A program made the position numbers and the translations under genes. Shown piece after piece: positions 53,256 through 62,432 of a DNA stretch of 64,000 bases. This DNA comes from a candidate division FCPU426 bacterium (lineage in GTDB: Bacteria > Oederibacteriota > Muellerivitia > Muellerivitales > Muellerivitaceae): NCBI GenBank assembly GCA_963771075.1, contig CAVYSE010000007.1:192001-256000 (forward strand), in the 5' to 3' direction. Numbering within the stretch: position 1 is the first letter of the stretch; every line of letters starts with the position of its first letter. The notes beneath the pieces are model-generated. The model did no database searches. It had not been told where the DNA came from and saw nothing but the letters and a program-made list of their open reading frames with translations.

Positions 53256-54524
53256 TTGGTAGAAAAAAATTATAAGCCTTTTTCCATTTACGACGACGAC
53301 AAGGACAAGGAACCCCCTCCCCTTATGCCGCCCGCTCCGCCCGAGGAATCCGGTTTAAACTTGGAAATTGTGGACAACGGAGAGGATGTTTTTACCGAGA
53401 ATATCAACGCTCAATTAGGGAGGGCCCAATCCTCATCCGTTCAACCGGCTGAGACCGGCCCCGCCTCGGCCAATCTGGCGAACGCACCTTTCCTGCAGGG
53501 CGAGCACCGGGAAAGCTTGGAGGACCGTACCAAGGACTTGATTCAGCAAAGGCAAAAGGCGGGGAAGCTCCGCGACCGACGCAAAACCGCCTCCATATTC
53601 GACAAACCCATCGAGCCCGATAAGGCCATCAAGCCCGGTCATTCGGCTTGGAGCCCCTTCGGCTTCCGGGCCCAGGCCTATTGGTTCTTGCTTCCCGCGA
53701 TGGTTTTTTTCGTACTTTTCTACGCCCTCCCCCTCTATCGCGGATTCCAGATCAGCCTGACCCATTTCAGCCCCCTCGGCGCCAGCGTGCCAGTTGGGTG
53801 GGACAACTATACCCGGGCCTTCAATGACCCTCTTTTCGGCCAGACCATGATGAACGCGGCCGCCTTTACCGCCCTGTCCCTCGCCTTCGGTTTCTGGCCC
53901 CCTATTCTCCTTTCGGTCTTCCTGAACGAATTGACTATCGGAAAGAACTTTTTGAAATTCCTCTACCTTCTCCCTTTCATCTTGCCCGCCGTTCCCGCGG
54001 CTAACCTTTGGCGGTGGATCTTTGACGAGGGGTATGGGGTCCTGAACGCGCTCCTCCAAAGGGCTACAGGCCAGCCCGACTTGCAGATTGGGTGGCTGAC
54101 CGATCCCCGCTGGGCACTGCTATCGATCGTGCTGATGTTCGTCTGGAAGAATACCGGCTGGTTCATGATGATCTACCTGGCTTCCCTTCAGAACATGCCG
54201 GACGAGCTTTACGAGGCGGCGGAAATCGACGGCGCCGGTCCCTGGCACAAGTTCTTCAGTGTCACATTGCCTTATTTAAGGCCCGTGATGGGCATCCTGC
54301 TTATCATTCAGGTATTGACCACATTTCAGGTTTTCACTGAGGTCTTCGTCATGACACGGGGCGGGCCCATGCATGCTACGGAAGTGATCGGGACCTACAT
54401 TTACAAGACCGCTTTTGGCGCCATGGACTTGGGATACGCTAGCGCCATGGCCATGTTGATGTTCGCCGTGCTGTTCCTTTTCTCGATGGTGCGTTTACTC
54501 CAAGTCCGTTCGACGGTGAGGTAA
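53256..54524 (+). CDS. Carbohydrate ABC permease (MalF/UgpA-like) with an N-terminal cytoplasmic extension of about 135 aa
   Basis: VGWDNY, EAA loop ELYEAAEIDGA, TRGGP, GYASAMA. Confidence 0.9.
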   Translation: MVEKNYKPFSIYDDDKDKEPPPLMPPAPPEESGLNLEIVDNGEDVFTENINAQLGRAQSSSVQPAETGPASANLANAPFLQGEHRESLEDRTKDLIQQRQKAGKLRDRRKTASIFDKPIEPDKAIKPGHSAWSPFGFRAQAYWFLLPAMVFFVLFYALPLYRGFQISLTHFSPLGASVPVGWDNYTRAFNDPLFGQTMMNAAAFTALSLAFGFWPPILLSVFLNELTIGKNFLKFLYLLPFILPAVPAANLWRWIFDEGYGVLNALLQRATGQPDLQIGWLTDPRWALLSIVLMFVWKNTGWFMMIYLASLQNMPDELYEAAEIDGAGPWHKFFSVTLPYLRPVMGILLIIQVLTTFQVFTEVFVMTRGGPMHATEVIGTYIYKTAFGAMDLGYASAMAMLMFAVLFLFSMVRLLQVRSTVR

Positions 54525-54526
54525 CC

Positions 54527-55456
54527 ATGGCCAAGAAAAAAACTGGCAGGACGGCCGATATCCCGACCGGGGCGGGTCGCGGACTTTTTTCACGCACTGA
54601 ACGAAAGAGCGTCCAAGCCAAGCTTTTTCTCTTTTTCGCCTTTCTAGCACTGGCGGTGGGTGCCTTAGTGACCATCGCTCCCCTGGCCTGGATGCTGTTG
54701 GGATGTTTTCGAACCCCCAGCGAGCTCTATTCCATTCCCCTTCCCTTAAAAGTGCAGGACATCAGCAACGATAATTTCAACGAGGCGCTTCGCCTGATCC
54801 CCTTCGGCCGCTACCTGGTCAACAGCCTGATCCTTTGCGGAGGAACGGTCGCCGGCCAACTGGTAATCTGTTCCTTGGCGGCCTATTCGCTTTCCAAGCT
54901 CCGGGTTCGGTTTGGAGGCGGCATCCTTCTCCTGTTCCTGACCAGCCTGATGGTGCCTTTCGAGGTCTTGATTATTCCTCTCTACCTGATCATGAAAAAC
55001 TTCCCCATGGGCGCGGGTACGGGTGGTTGGAACCTGTTGAACAGCTACTGGGCTTTGATCCTGCCGGGTGTTTTCAGCGCTTTCGCAATCCTTGTGATGA
55101 AGGACTTTTTTGACGGCATTCCCAACGAGATCGTCTACGCCGCTCGTATCGACGGTTGCACTGAAAGCGGAGTATTCTTTAAATTCATCCTACCCATGAG
55201 TTGGCCCATCCTGGCCATCCTGGCGGTCTTCGGATTCGTGACGGCCTGGAACGGTTTCTTCTGGCCCCTGATCGTGCTGAACAACCCCGATTATTACCCT
55301 CTCATGCTGGGCGTACAAAAACTGGTGGACGCGGGTGAACCTTGGAACGTTGTGGTCGCCTCCCTGACGATGGCCACCGTCCCCTCCATCCTGCTCCTTG
55401 TTTTTTTCCAAAGGGTACTCATCCGGGGCATCGCCTATACTGGTATATACGGGTGA
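54527..55456 (+). CDS. Carbohydrate ABC permease (MalG/UgpE-like)
   Basis: NSL, LAAYSLSKL, IPNEIVYAARIDG, WNGFFWPLI. Confidence 0.92.
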   Translation: MAKKKTGRTADIPTGAGRGLFSRTERKSVQAKLFLFFAFLALAVGALVTIAPLAWMLLGCFRTPSELYSIPLPLKVQDISNDNFNEALRLIPFGRYLVNSLILCGGTVAGQLVICSLAAYSLSKLRVRFGGGILLLFLTSLMVPFEVLIIPLYLIMKNFPMGAGTGGWNLLNSYWALILPGVFSAFAILVMKDFFDGIPNEIVYAARIDGCTESGVFFKFILPMSWPILAILAVFGFVTAWNGFFWPLIVLNNPDYYPLMLGVQKLVDAGEPWNVVVASLTMATVPSILLLVFFQRVLIRGIAYTGIYG

Positions 55457-56031
55457 GACTCGACGGCAAAAGCCTGGGTCAAATTCGCTCCTGGGTCCAC
55501 GCGAGGGTGAGTACTAGGCGTTTTGGCCACATCATGGGCGTGGAAAATACCGCCGTGGCGTTGGGAATGCGATACGACCTTCGGGAAAATGCCATAAGGG
55601 CCGCCGCGCTTTTCCACGATTGCGCCAAGGAAATGACTCGGCCCCAAATGAGGGCCCTTTTCCGCAAAGGGCCTTTTTCATTGGATAGGGACGAGAAAAA
55701 AATTCCCTCCCTCTGGCATCCGGTCGCAGGCGCAAACCTGGCTTATCATTCTTGGGGTTGCAGGGACAAGGGCATCCTGGACGCGATAAGGTGCCATACC
55801 GTCGGAAGTCCCTCGATGGGACCCTTGGCCCAAGCCCTCTTTATAGCCGATTTCATCGAGCCGGGCCGAAACTTTAAAGGCGTGGATATGGCCCGCACCG
55901 CCGCCCATGCAGGACTTGTGGAAGGTGTAAGGGAAAAAACGATCCAGACCCTGTTCTACTTATTATCTGCAGGGCGAAAGATCCATCCGCGCCTACTGGA
56001 TACGCTAAACGTGTTTATGGATAAGAGATGA
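55453..56031 (+). CDS. yqeK: HD-domain Ap4A hydrolase YqeK
   Basis: RFGHIMGV, AALFHDCAK, WHPVAGA, AIRCHTVG, IADFIEPGR. GTG overlaps the permease stop. Confidence 0.9.
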   Translation: MRLDGKSLGQIRSWVHARVSTRRFGHIMGVENTAVALGMRYDLRENAIRAAALFHDCAKEMTRPQMRALFRKGPFSLDRDEKKIPSLWHPVAGANLAYHSWGCRDKGILDAIRCHTVGSPSMGPLAQALFIADFIEPGRNFKGVDMARTAAHAGLVEGVREKTIQTLFYLLSAGRKIHPRLLDTLNVFMDKR

Positions 56032-56169
56032 ATTCTACAACAATACACCGAACGATAGATTTTCATCCTATTGTTTTTTTGATATTTCAGCCCAATGGTG
56101 CTCTTTGTTTTGCTTTCTTCATGGCCAAGATTTAATTGTTGGTGTGTTAGGAAGTATGGTGTGGACTAG

Positions 56170-56280
56170 GATCTAAAAGATTTCCTCAAATCGACCCGAA
56201 TCATTGATTGGGAAAATCCCAAGGTGAAGGCCAAAGCGGTGGAGCTAGCTAGCGGCTGCGCCGAAGGAGAAGAAAAAGCT
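56170..56280 (+). pseudogene. Remnant resembling the N-terminus of a transglutaminase-like protein
   Basis: DLKDFLKSTRIIDWENPKVKAKAVELASGC, preceded by an in-frame TAG and in frame with the downstream TPR gene. Family resemblance from memory. Confidence 0.45.
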
Positions 56281-56790
56281 ATGTATCCCAAGTTATCGTG
56301 GTCACGGATTAAAACCTATGGATTTCCCATCGTCCTGGCAGTCCTGATCGCGGTTATCACCCTTGAGGCAGGTGCCTTCCTAGCTTACCGGTCATTCCCG
56401 GTCCAAAAGATACAGGATGAATACGATTTGGCACAGGAAGCCTATAATTTTTATCAAATGCACCGCTACGCAGACTCGGTCGATTTCTTCGAAAGGGCTT
56501 CCAAGGAAAAATCTTCCTCGGAGGAAATCTGGTTCGACTTGGGGAATGCCTATTACCAACAAGGGCAGTTTGACCAAGCCTGTGAAGCTTATCGAAAAGC
56601 GCTCGAATTGAAACCTGGAGACGAGGATGCCCTGGTTAATTTTCAACTGGCCACCAAACATGGGATCGAGGTTTTAAAATGGGGCAAAAAAACCGCATTT
56701 AAAGAGGAGGTTCTACCTCCTCCCGGCCAAACCAAGCGGGGCTTTTGGAAGTCGCTGTTTCAAAAAATGAATGATTTCTTGCGCCAGTGA
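56281..56790 (+). CDS. Membrane-anchored TPR protein
   Basis: N-terminal TM; IWFDLGNAYYQQGQFDQACEAYRKALELKP. Confidence 0.85.
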   Translation: MYPKLSWSRIKTYGFPIVLAVLIAVITLEAGAFLAYRSFPVQKIQDEYDLAQEAYNFYQMHRYADSVDFFERASKEKSSSEEIWFDLGNAYYQQGQFDQACEAYRKALELKPGDEDALVNFQLATKHGIEVLKWGKKTAFKEEVLPPPGQTKRGFWKSLFQKMNDFLRQ

Positions 56791-56808
56791 TCCAAATCGG
56801 AGGACGGG

Positions 56809-57516
56809 TTGACTGACCACGAAGAGTTGAAAATGATGTTATCGGAAAAGCAAGTCTTTATCTTTGACCTGTTCCATACCCTCACCTCCATCGAGTCCAC
56901 CCATCCTTTCCCTTTAAGTACCGCGGATGACCTCGGTGTGAGCAGGGAAAAATGGAATGAACAGTTATTGGAAAGATCAAAAGATCGGCTCATGGGAAAG
57001 TTAAAAGACTCATACATATTTATCCGGCAAATGGCGCTTGCCATCGACCCGGCCTTATCCGAAGAAATAATTCGGCAAGCTACGCAAAACCGCGTTTCTA
57101 GGTTTCGATATTCCTTGGTTCATGTTTCCGGCCAAGTTCTTGGAATTCTTAAAAAACTAAGGGCTAGGGGTAAAAAATTAGGCTTATTGAGCAACGCTGA
57201 CTTTTCGGAAATAGCCGGATGGATAGAATCGCCACTCTCAACCTGTTTTGACAGCGTGGTTTTCTCTTGCGAAGTAGGTTGTGTAAAGCCAGAGAGGGAA
57301 ATTTACGGAATCAGCCTGGAACAACTTTCCGCCCCGCCCGAAGTAGCGGTTTTTATCGGGGATGGGGGCAACGGGGAACTGGAAGGGGCGAAAGCAGTGG
57401 GCCTTACGACCGTTTTTATGTCAGGCCTTATCCGGCCCTTGTGGCCGGACAGTATTGAGCCAAGGAAGCGCTTGGCAGATTTTTCAATTGAGAGCTTGGA
57501 AGAATTGATGCCTTGA
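56809..57516 (+). CDS. HAD-superfamily hydrolase
   Basis: IFDLFHTL, LLSNA, KPEREIY, FIGDGG..ELEGA..VGL. Confidence 0.9.
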   Translation: MTDHEELKMMLSEKQVFIFDLFHTLTSIESTHPFPLSTADDLGVSREKWNEQLLERSKDRLMGKLKDSYIFIRQMALAIDPALSEEIIRQATQNRVSRFRYSLVHVSGQVLGILKKLRARGKKLGLLSNADFSEIAGWIESPLSTCFDSVVFSCEVGCVKPEREIYGISLEQLSAPPEVAVFIGDGGNGELEGAKAVGLTTVFMSGLIRPLWPDSIEPRKRLADFSIESLEELMP

Positions 57517-57525
57517 AACGGAAGA

Positions 57526-57696
57526 TCAGGCTTTGAGGTCCAATTTCCGTCCGACCTTCTCCTCAACGGGAGGCGCGGTGGAGGCCAACAATTCATCCTG
57601 CTGATGGGTGGCGGCATTCATGACCCGCGTTTCGACCGTGGCCTGGGGAGTGGGAAGGGCGGGGGTCAAAGTGGCGGGGGGTATCTTGTATTCCAT
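57526..57696 (-). CDS. Small protein (56 aa), YjfB-like putative motility protein; not in the ORF track
   Basis: AGGAG RBS; MEYKIPP...VMNAATHQQDELLAS...VGRKLDLKA with a terminal G..LD..A motif. Confidence 0.55.
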   Translation of the reverse strand: MEYKIPPATLTPALPTPQATVETRVMNAATHQQDELLASTAPPVEEKVGRKLDLKA

Positions 57697-57883
57697 GGGA
57701 ACTCCTGTTGAACGGGTTTTCCTACGACCAGTTTATTATACCCCTTTTTTAGCCATTATCTTTCACCGGGCCTGCCACGAAGGGAAACAAGCGGAATTCG
57801 GGCCCGCTTATCAAAGGACCGGCCTGCTTGGTATGCTATTCGGGAAGTCGTTTCACAAAAACCTAGAATTTTGAGGTTTGAAC

Positions 57884-58567
57884 ATGCCATCAACAAGGAA
57901 AAGCGGCGAACAGGCGGGGAAGAAAAATATTTTTTCCGCGAGACTCATCGTCCTCCTGTTGGTCGTATTCGGGTTCGGTCTGTTCAACGGAGTGGGGATT
58001 GTCTACATGATCAATGAATATGAGAAGGAACCCGCGACGATTGACGCCCAGGTCAAAGAAACGGATATCAAGAAATTGATGGACAACGCCAGCAACGCAT
58101 TTCATTACCAAAGGGATATCCAGAAAACCCTGGACCTTTACCGCCGGGTGCTGCAACTGGACCCGGACAACTATGACGCGAACATGTATATCAGCACCCT
58201 CTATTCGGAAGCTTTGAACCCGCCCGACTATGGTGCGGCGATCTACCATACTAGCCGGGCCCTGAGGATCAAAAAGGATTACATGAGCCTGATGAGTTAC
58301 GGGGGTTTGATGTGGAAGAATCTGGATTACGTTGGGGCCGAGCAGGTGTTCCGGGACTGCGTCCAGTTGGAACCCGGCCAGTTCCTCGCCTGGGGCCAGT
58401 TGGCCGTGATGCTGGAAAAACAGGGAAAGACCGTGGAGGCATTGGCCGATTATAAAAAGGCGGATGAGTTATGCCAGGACGCTAAAGTGAAACCCGAGCT
58501 TGAGGTATCGATTAAATCGTTGACGGGGAAAAAGCAGGTCAAACTCTATAAGATCCAGATACATTAG
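57884..58567 (+). CDS. Membrane-anchored TPR protein
   Basis: One TM then TPRs (YRRVLQLDPDN, AWGQLAVMLEKQGK..EALADYKKA). Confidence 0.85.
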   Translation: MPSTRKSGEQAGKKNIFSARLIVLLLVVFGFGLFNGVGIVYMINEYEKEPATIDAQVKETDIKKLMDNASNAFHYQRDIQKTLDLYRRVLQLDPDNYDANMYISTLYSEALNPPDYGAAIYHTSRALRIKKDYMSLMSYGGLMWKNLDYVGAEQVFRDCVQLEPGQFLAWGQLAVMLEKQGKTVEALADYKKADELCQDAKVKPELEVSIKSLTGKKQVKLYKIQIH

Positions 58568-58568
58568 T

Positions 58569-58589
58569 CCGCCGGGAAATATCCGGCGG
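58569..58589. terminator. GC hairpin between convergent genes
   Basis: CCGCCGG-GAAATAT-CCGGCGG; no strong U-tract. Confidence 0.4.
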
Positions 58590-58597
58590 TTCCGTCC

Positions 58598-59260
58598 TTA
58601 GCCCAAAAGCGAGGTTAGCTTTTCAAAATCCTTGAGGCTCAAAATCTTCTTGGCCAAAGCCTTGACTTCCTCGAAGGTTTCCGGTGGAGCGTTTTTTTTC
58701 AGTTTTTTCAGGAATTCCAAACGCTCCAAGTTACTCAAGCTTGGCAGCATATAACTGAGCATCATGCCAAGGTCTTGGGGGGCGATCCGGTTAATCATGT
58801 TGGTGAACTCGGCGTCGATCTTGGCGTCCGTGAAATGGCGGTAAATGGCCTGGGTGACCTCTCCCTCCTCCCGGTCCATATGGTGCAGGTAATCGGAAAG
58901 GTACCGGTTATAGGCCCGGTAAAATTCATAGCCCGCATTGGTCATGTTGGGGCTGGCGGTGACTTCGAGCCATTGTTTTTCCAATATGTCCAATTCAAAA
59001 TCCAAACGGTGATGGTCCTCGACCGATTTCTGGACGGCCTGGGGTTCCATATCCTTGAGCATAGGGAACTGGATCAAATCCTCATTGTCGGCGTGTTCCC
59101 GCATAAATCGAACGATCTGGGTGAACTCGAGGTTGGCGCTTCGGACATCTGACTCATCAGTCCAATCCAGCCTACTGAGGTGGATGGACAGGTCCATCAG
59201 CCCTTTTCGAATGGCTTTGTGGACACTAATGAATATTTCCATGCGTTGATCGGATTCCAT
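58598..59260 (-). CDS. Hemerythrin-like (HHE cation-binding) protein
   Basis: VHKAIR, EHADNED, EDHHRL, YLHHMDREE. Confidence 0.88.
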   Translation of the reverse strand: MESDQRMEIFISVHKAIRKGLMDLSIHLSRLDWTDESDVRSANLEFTQIVRFMREHADNEDLIQFPMLKDMEPQAVQKSVEDHHRLDFELDILEKQWLEVTASPNMTNAGYEFYRAYNRYLSDYLHHMDREEGEVTQAIYRHFTDAKIDAEFTNMINRIAPQDLGMMLSYMLPSLSNLERLEFLKKLKKNAPPETFEEVKALAKKILSLKDFEKLTSLLG

Positions 59261-59482
59261 AATGAACTCCCCTTTAAAAAAGCGACTCTCTAAACTTTGA
59301 CAAAGTCAAAAACCGACCGTATTTATAATAAGCTTTTGCGGTTAAATCCAAGATAGGAAATAGAAAAAAGTGGTAAAAAATTGCCTGTATCAATGGGTTT
59401 CCAGTTCATATCCGGTGAAAAATGACGTTAGTATAGGTGCCTATTCCTTACCACACCCACCATCCCCTCCAGATAGGGAAAT

Positions 59483-61402
59483 ATGAGCCTGGATTCACTA
59501 AATAGCGCCATTACCGGCCTCGAATCGGACAGTGCCTGGCTTGACGTGATTGGTAATAACATCGCTAACGTGAATACCACGGCCTTTAAATCGAGTCGTA
59601 CGGAATTTGCCACCCAGCTATCTTTGGCCCTATACCCAGGCACCTCGGATTCCCCCCTGACTGGCAAAGGCGGCGCCGACTCCATGGAAATTGGAACCGG
59701 CACCCGGCTGGAATCCATACAAACGGATTTCACCCAAGGGGTCATTCAAAGTACCGGGAGTTCCCTTGATGTGGCCATCGATGGAATTGGATTTTTGACC
59801 GTCAAACAAGGCAACCAAGTTTTTTTCACTCGTGCCGGGGTACTCTCCCTGGACAGCCAGGGTTATTTAGTAGACTCGAACGGGGCCTATGTGCAGGGCT
59901 ACAACGCCTTGGAACAGTATACCGATACCGTGATCAATACGCCTGTGGACGGGGGTTACGCCCAGATCACTGATGGCCAATTAGCCCTGGATAACTCGAA
60001 CCTATCCGTAACGCAAAATATCCGCCTTGACCCGCAGATGACCATTCCGCCGAAAGCCACCACCCTGGTTAACTTCACCGGAAATTTGGATTCCTTTCAG
60101 CAACCCAATGTATTGGCCATCTACAACAATTCTGGGCCGGTCCTGCCCGTAGGGCTTATGCTCAGCCCCCCCCAAATTCCAGCGCCTGCCGGAATCGATA
60201 CTTCCAGGATGACCACCGTAAACTTGCCGGGAGGGGGATTTGCCCTCAAGCAAGTCAATGACCTGTCCACACCTAATTACAATCCCAAACCGGTCGCCGA
60301 ACCAATCATCAACGGAATCATTCCCCTCACGGATGTAGTGATGAACGACAGCGGCAATTACGCCTGGGAACAGAATCCCCCAATTTCCCCGGCGGCCCAG
60401 GCCACCGAGACGGTCTATGATTCCACGGGCAACCCGCGGCAGATCACGGTCCTTTTTTACCAGGTGAACGACCTGGGTAACGCGGGCATCAACCCCGCCC
60501 CTGGGCCGAACCAGGTGTGTTACGCATGGTACGCCTTCGATACCACGGGAGGCCAGGCCATCAACACCGCGCACCTGCTGGGTGGAACGGCCATCCAGGA
60601 AGGGGACATGGAGAACAACCCCAATCCCTTCGCGGTTCAAGGATACGATCACGGGCTCCCCTTCTCGGGTTGGGCGGGAGATTTTATCTGGTTTAACACG
60701 GATGGGTCTCTCGCCTCCAGCGGAGGCATCGAGGGACCTCCCTCTCCGCCTGGAACGCCGAACATCATGGATGTCCCCACTGTTTTTTTACCCGCCTATA
60801 ACCCCGACTGGCCACCCCTTTCGCCCCTCCCCAGCGAAGGGGCGGAGATCACGGCGGTCCAGTTGAATTTCGGAACTTATGGAATTATTGGGGTGGGACA
60901 AAGGAACGGACTCCACAGCGACGCGGAAGGGAGCTACAAGATCGTCAATGGGGTCAACACCTATGTGCCACATAACGACGTCCAGGCGGCTTCCCAAAAC
61001 GGTTACGGCGATGGGCTGTTACAATCCATGGATTTTCAAACGGACGGAACTTTGATCGGTACTTTTTCCAACGGCCAAACGGCTCCCCTGGCCCAATTGG
61101 CCTTGTCTAGTCCCGTCAATTCCGGGGGCCTTGTCCAGGCGGGGAACAATTATTTCACGGTCGCCGCAAATACAGGTCCCATCACGACCGGACTGGCGGG
61201 CACCAACGGCTTTGGACTGGTGCGAGGCGGGTCCTTGGAAAACTCCAACGTGAACCTGACCGTGGAGATGACCAACATGATCGTGGCCCAAAGAGGGTTC
61301 GACAGCAACGCCTGGGTGATATCGGCGGTCGAAGGTGTTTTGCTGGAGCTGGATGGCCTCGGGCTTGAAGAGGGCCCGGAAGGCTTCAAAACAAAAATAT
61401 GA
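59483..61402 (+). CDS. flgE: Flagellar hook FlgE-family protein with a large central insertion (orphan)
   Basis: LDVIGNNIANVNTTAFKSSR, DVAIDG.GF, FTRAG, VYDSTG, GSLENSNVNLTVEMTNMIVAQRGF. Confidence 0.85.
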   Translation: MSLDSLNSAITGLESDSAWLDVIGNNIANVNTTAFKSSRTEFATQLSLALYPGTSDSPLTGKGGADSMEIGTGTRLESIQTDFTQGVIQSTGSSLDVAIDGIGFLTVKQGNQVFFTRAGVLSLDSQGYLVDSNGAYVQGYNALEQYTDTVINTPVDGGYAQITDGQLALDNSNLSVTQNIRLDPQMTIPPKATTLVNFTGNLDSFQQPNVLAIYNNSGPVLPVGLMLSPPQIPAPAGIDTSRMTTVNLPGGGFALKQVNDLSTPNYNPKPVAEPIINGIIPLTDVVMNDSGNYAWEQNPPISPAAQATETVYDSTGNPRQITVLFYQVNDLGNAGINPAPGPNQVCYAWYAFDTTGGQAINTAHLLGGTAIQEGDMENNPNPFAVQGYDHGLPFSGWAGDFIWFNTDGSLASSGGIEGPPSPPGTPNIMDVPTVFLPAYNPDWPPLSPLPSEGAEITAVQLNFGTYGIIGVGQRNGLHSDAEGSYKIVNGVNTYVPHNDVQAASQNGYGDGLLQSMDFQTDGTLIGTFSNGQTAPLAQLALSSPVNSGGLVQAGNNYFTVAANTGPITTGLAGTNGFGLVRGGSLENSNVNLTVEMTNMIVAQRGFDSNAWVISAVEGVLLELDGLGLEEGPEGFKTKI

Positions 61403-61706
61403 GCCATGGTCGAAATACCAAAAGTTGAAAGGCCTCGCGATTTGTAGCCTTGTACGGCCGAGGATAACTTTGTAAAAAGGTTCATATCGTGGTTGATAAG
61501 GACTTTCTGCCTTAAAAGATTTCATAAGCAGTCCGGCCTTATGGGTTTTCGCGAAAGATTTGACGGTAACCACTTACCCAAATAGGGAAATGCAAAGAGT
61601 TGAAAAAATGTCCATGAACATGTGTTCCATCACATTTCCGGCAATCATCTGATATTAAGATGCTAATTATTGAAGGTTATCATCAATCCAAGGGGAACGG
61701 TCATTC

Positions 61707-62255
61707 ATGCAGCCTGTTTTCGGGAAAACCATCCAAGACCAGTTTTATTACGAGTTCGCCAAGCTTCTTTCCAAGGCCCATTTCAATAGCGAAATCCATT
61801 TTGATTACGTAAAGGAAAAATATCTTGCCCTTTCGAAGGGCCAGATCCACATGGCCCTGTCACTCCTGGAAAAAGAGGGGGTATCGGAACTGCCCATGGT
61901 TTGCGCTTTTTGCGGCTCAAAGAGGGACCTGCAAACCAGTTATTTAATTCCCCTCGCCAAAGGAGGATGGGATTCCCCCGACAACCAGGTCTTATCTTGT
62001 AAGGCGTGTTTTACCTCCCGCGAAAATCGGGGTATCTTTGAGTGGTTAGGCTTGAAGAAAAAGGAAACCCTTCATCCTTTGGTCGCTGGGAAATATCTCA
62101 TCGAGCTTTTCGTTTATAACAAAGCAAAGGGTACCCTTCATGTGGATTCCGAGAACCTTCCAAGTTTATGTGGTATTTGCAAAAAAGGTTATGTATGCAA
62201 AGAGGCCGTCACCTCGGGGGAACTAACCGCTTTCTGCCTTGAGAGTATTATTTAG
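61707..62255 (+). CDS. Degenerate HNH-like Zn-binding protein
   Basis: CAFCG...SYLIPLAKGG.D..DN....CKAC; second Cys cluster CGICKKGYVC...C. Confidence 0.7.
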   Translation: MQPVFGKTIQDQFYYEFAKLLSKAHFNSEIHFDYVKEKYLALSKGQIHMALSLLEKEGVSELPMVCAFCGSKRDLQTSYLIPLAKGGWDSPDNQVLSCKACFTSRENRGIFEWLGLKKKETLHPLVAGKYLIELFVYNKAKGTLHVDSENLPSLCGICKKGYVCKEAVTSGELTAFCLESII

Positions 62256-62432
62256 GTCGGCAGTCCGTTTTTTTAAATAAAAAATAATATCCTTGAAAAA
62301 TAACTGGACCTGATTTTCCCGTGCAAACGCCATGATTTCCGACAAATAAAAATGTAAATAAATGTAAAAATCCGAAACAAGTTACATGAAGTGAGGTAGA
62401 ATTTAATCAACGAGATAAAATGGGAGCAGTAC

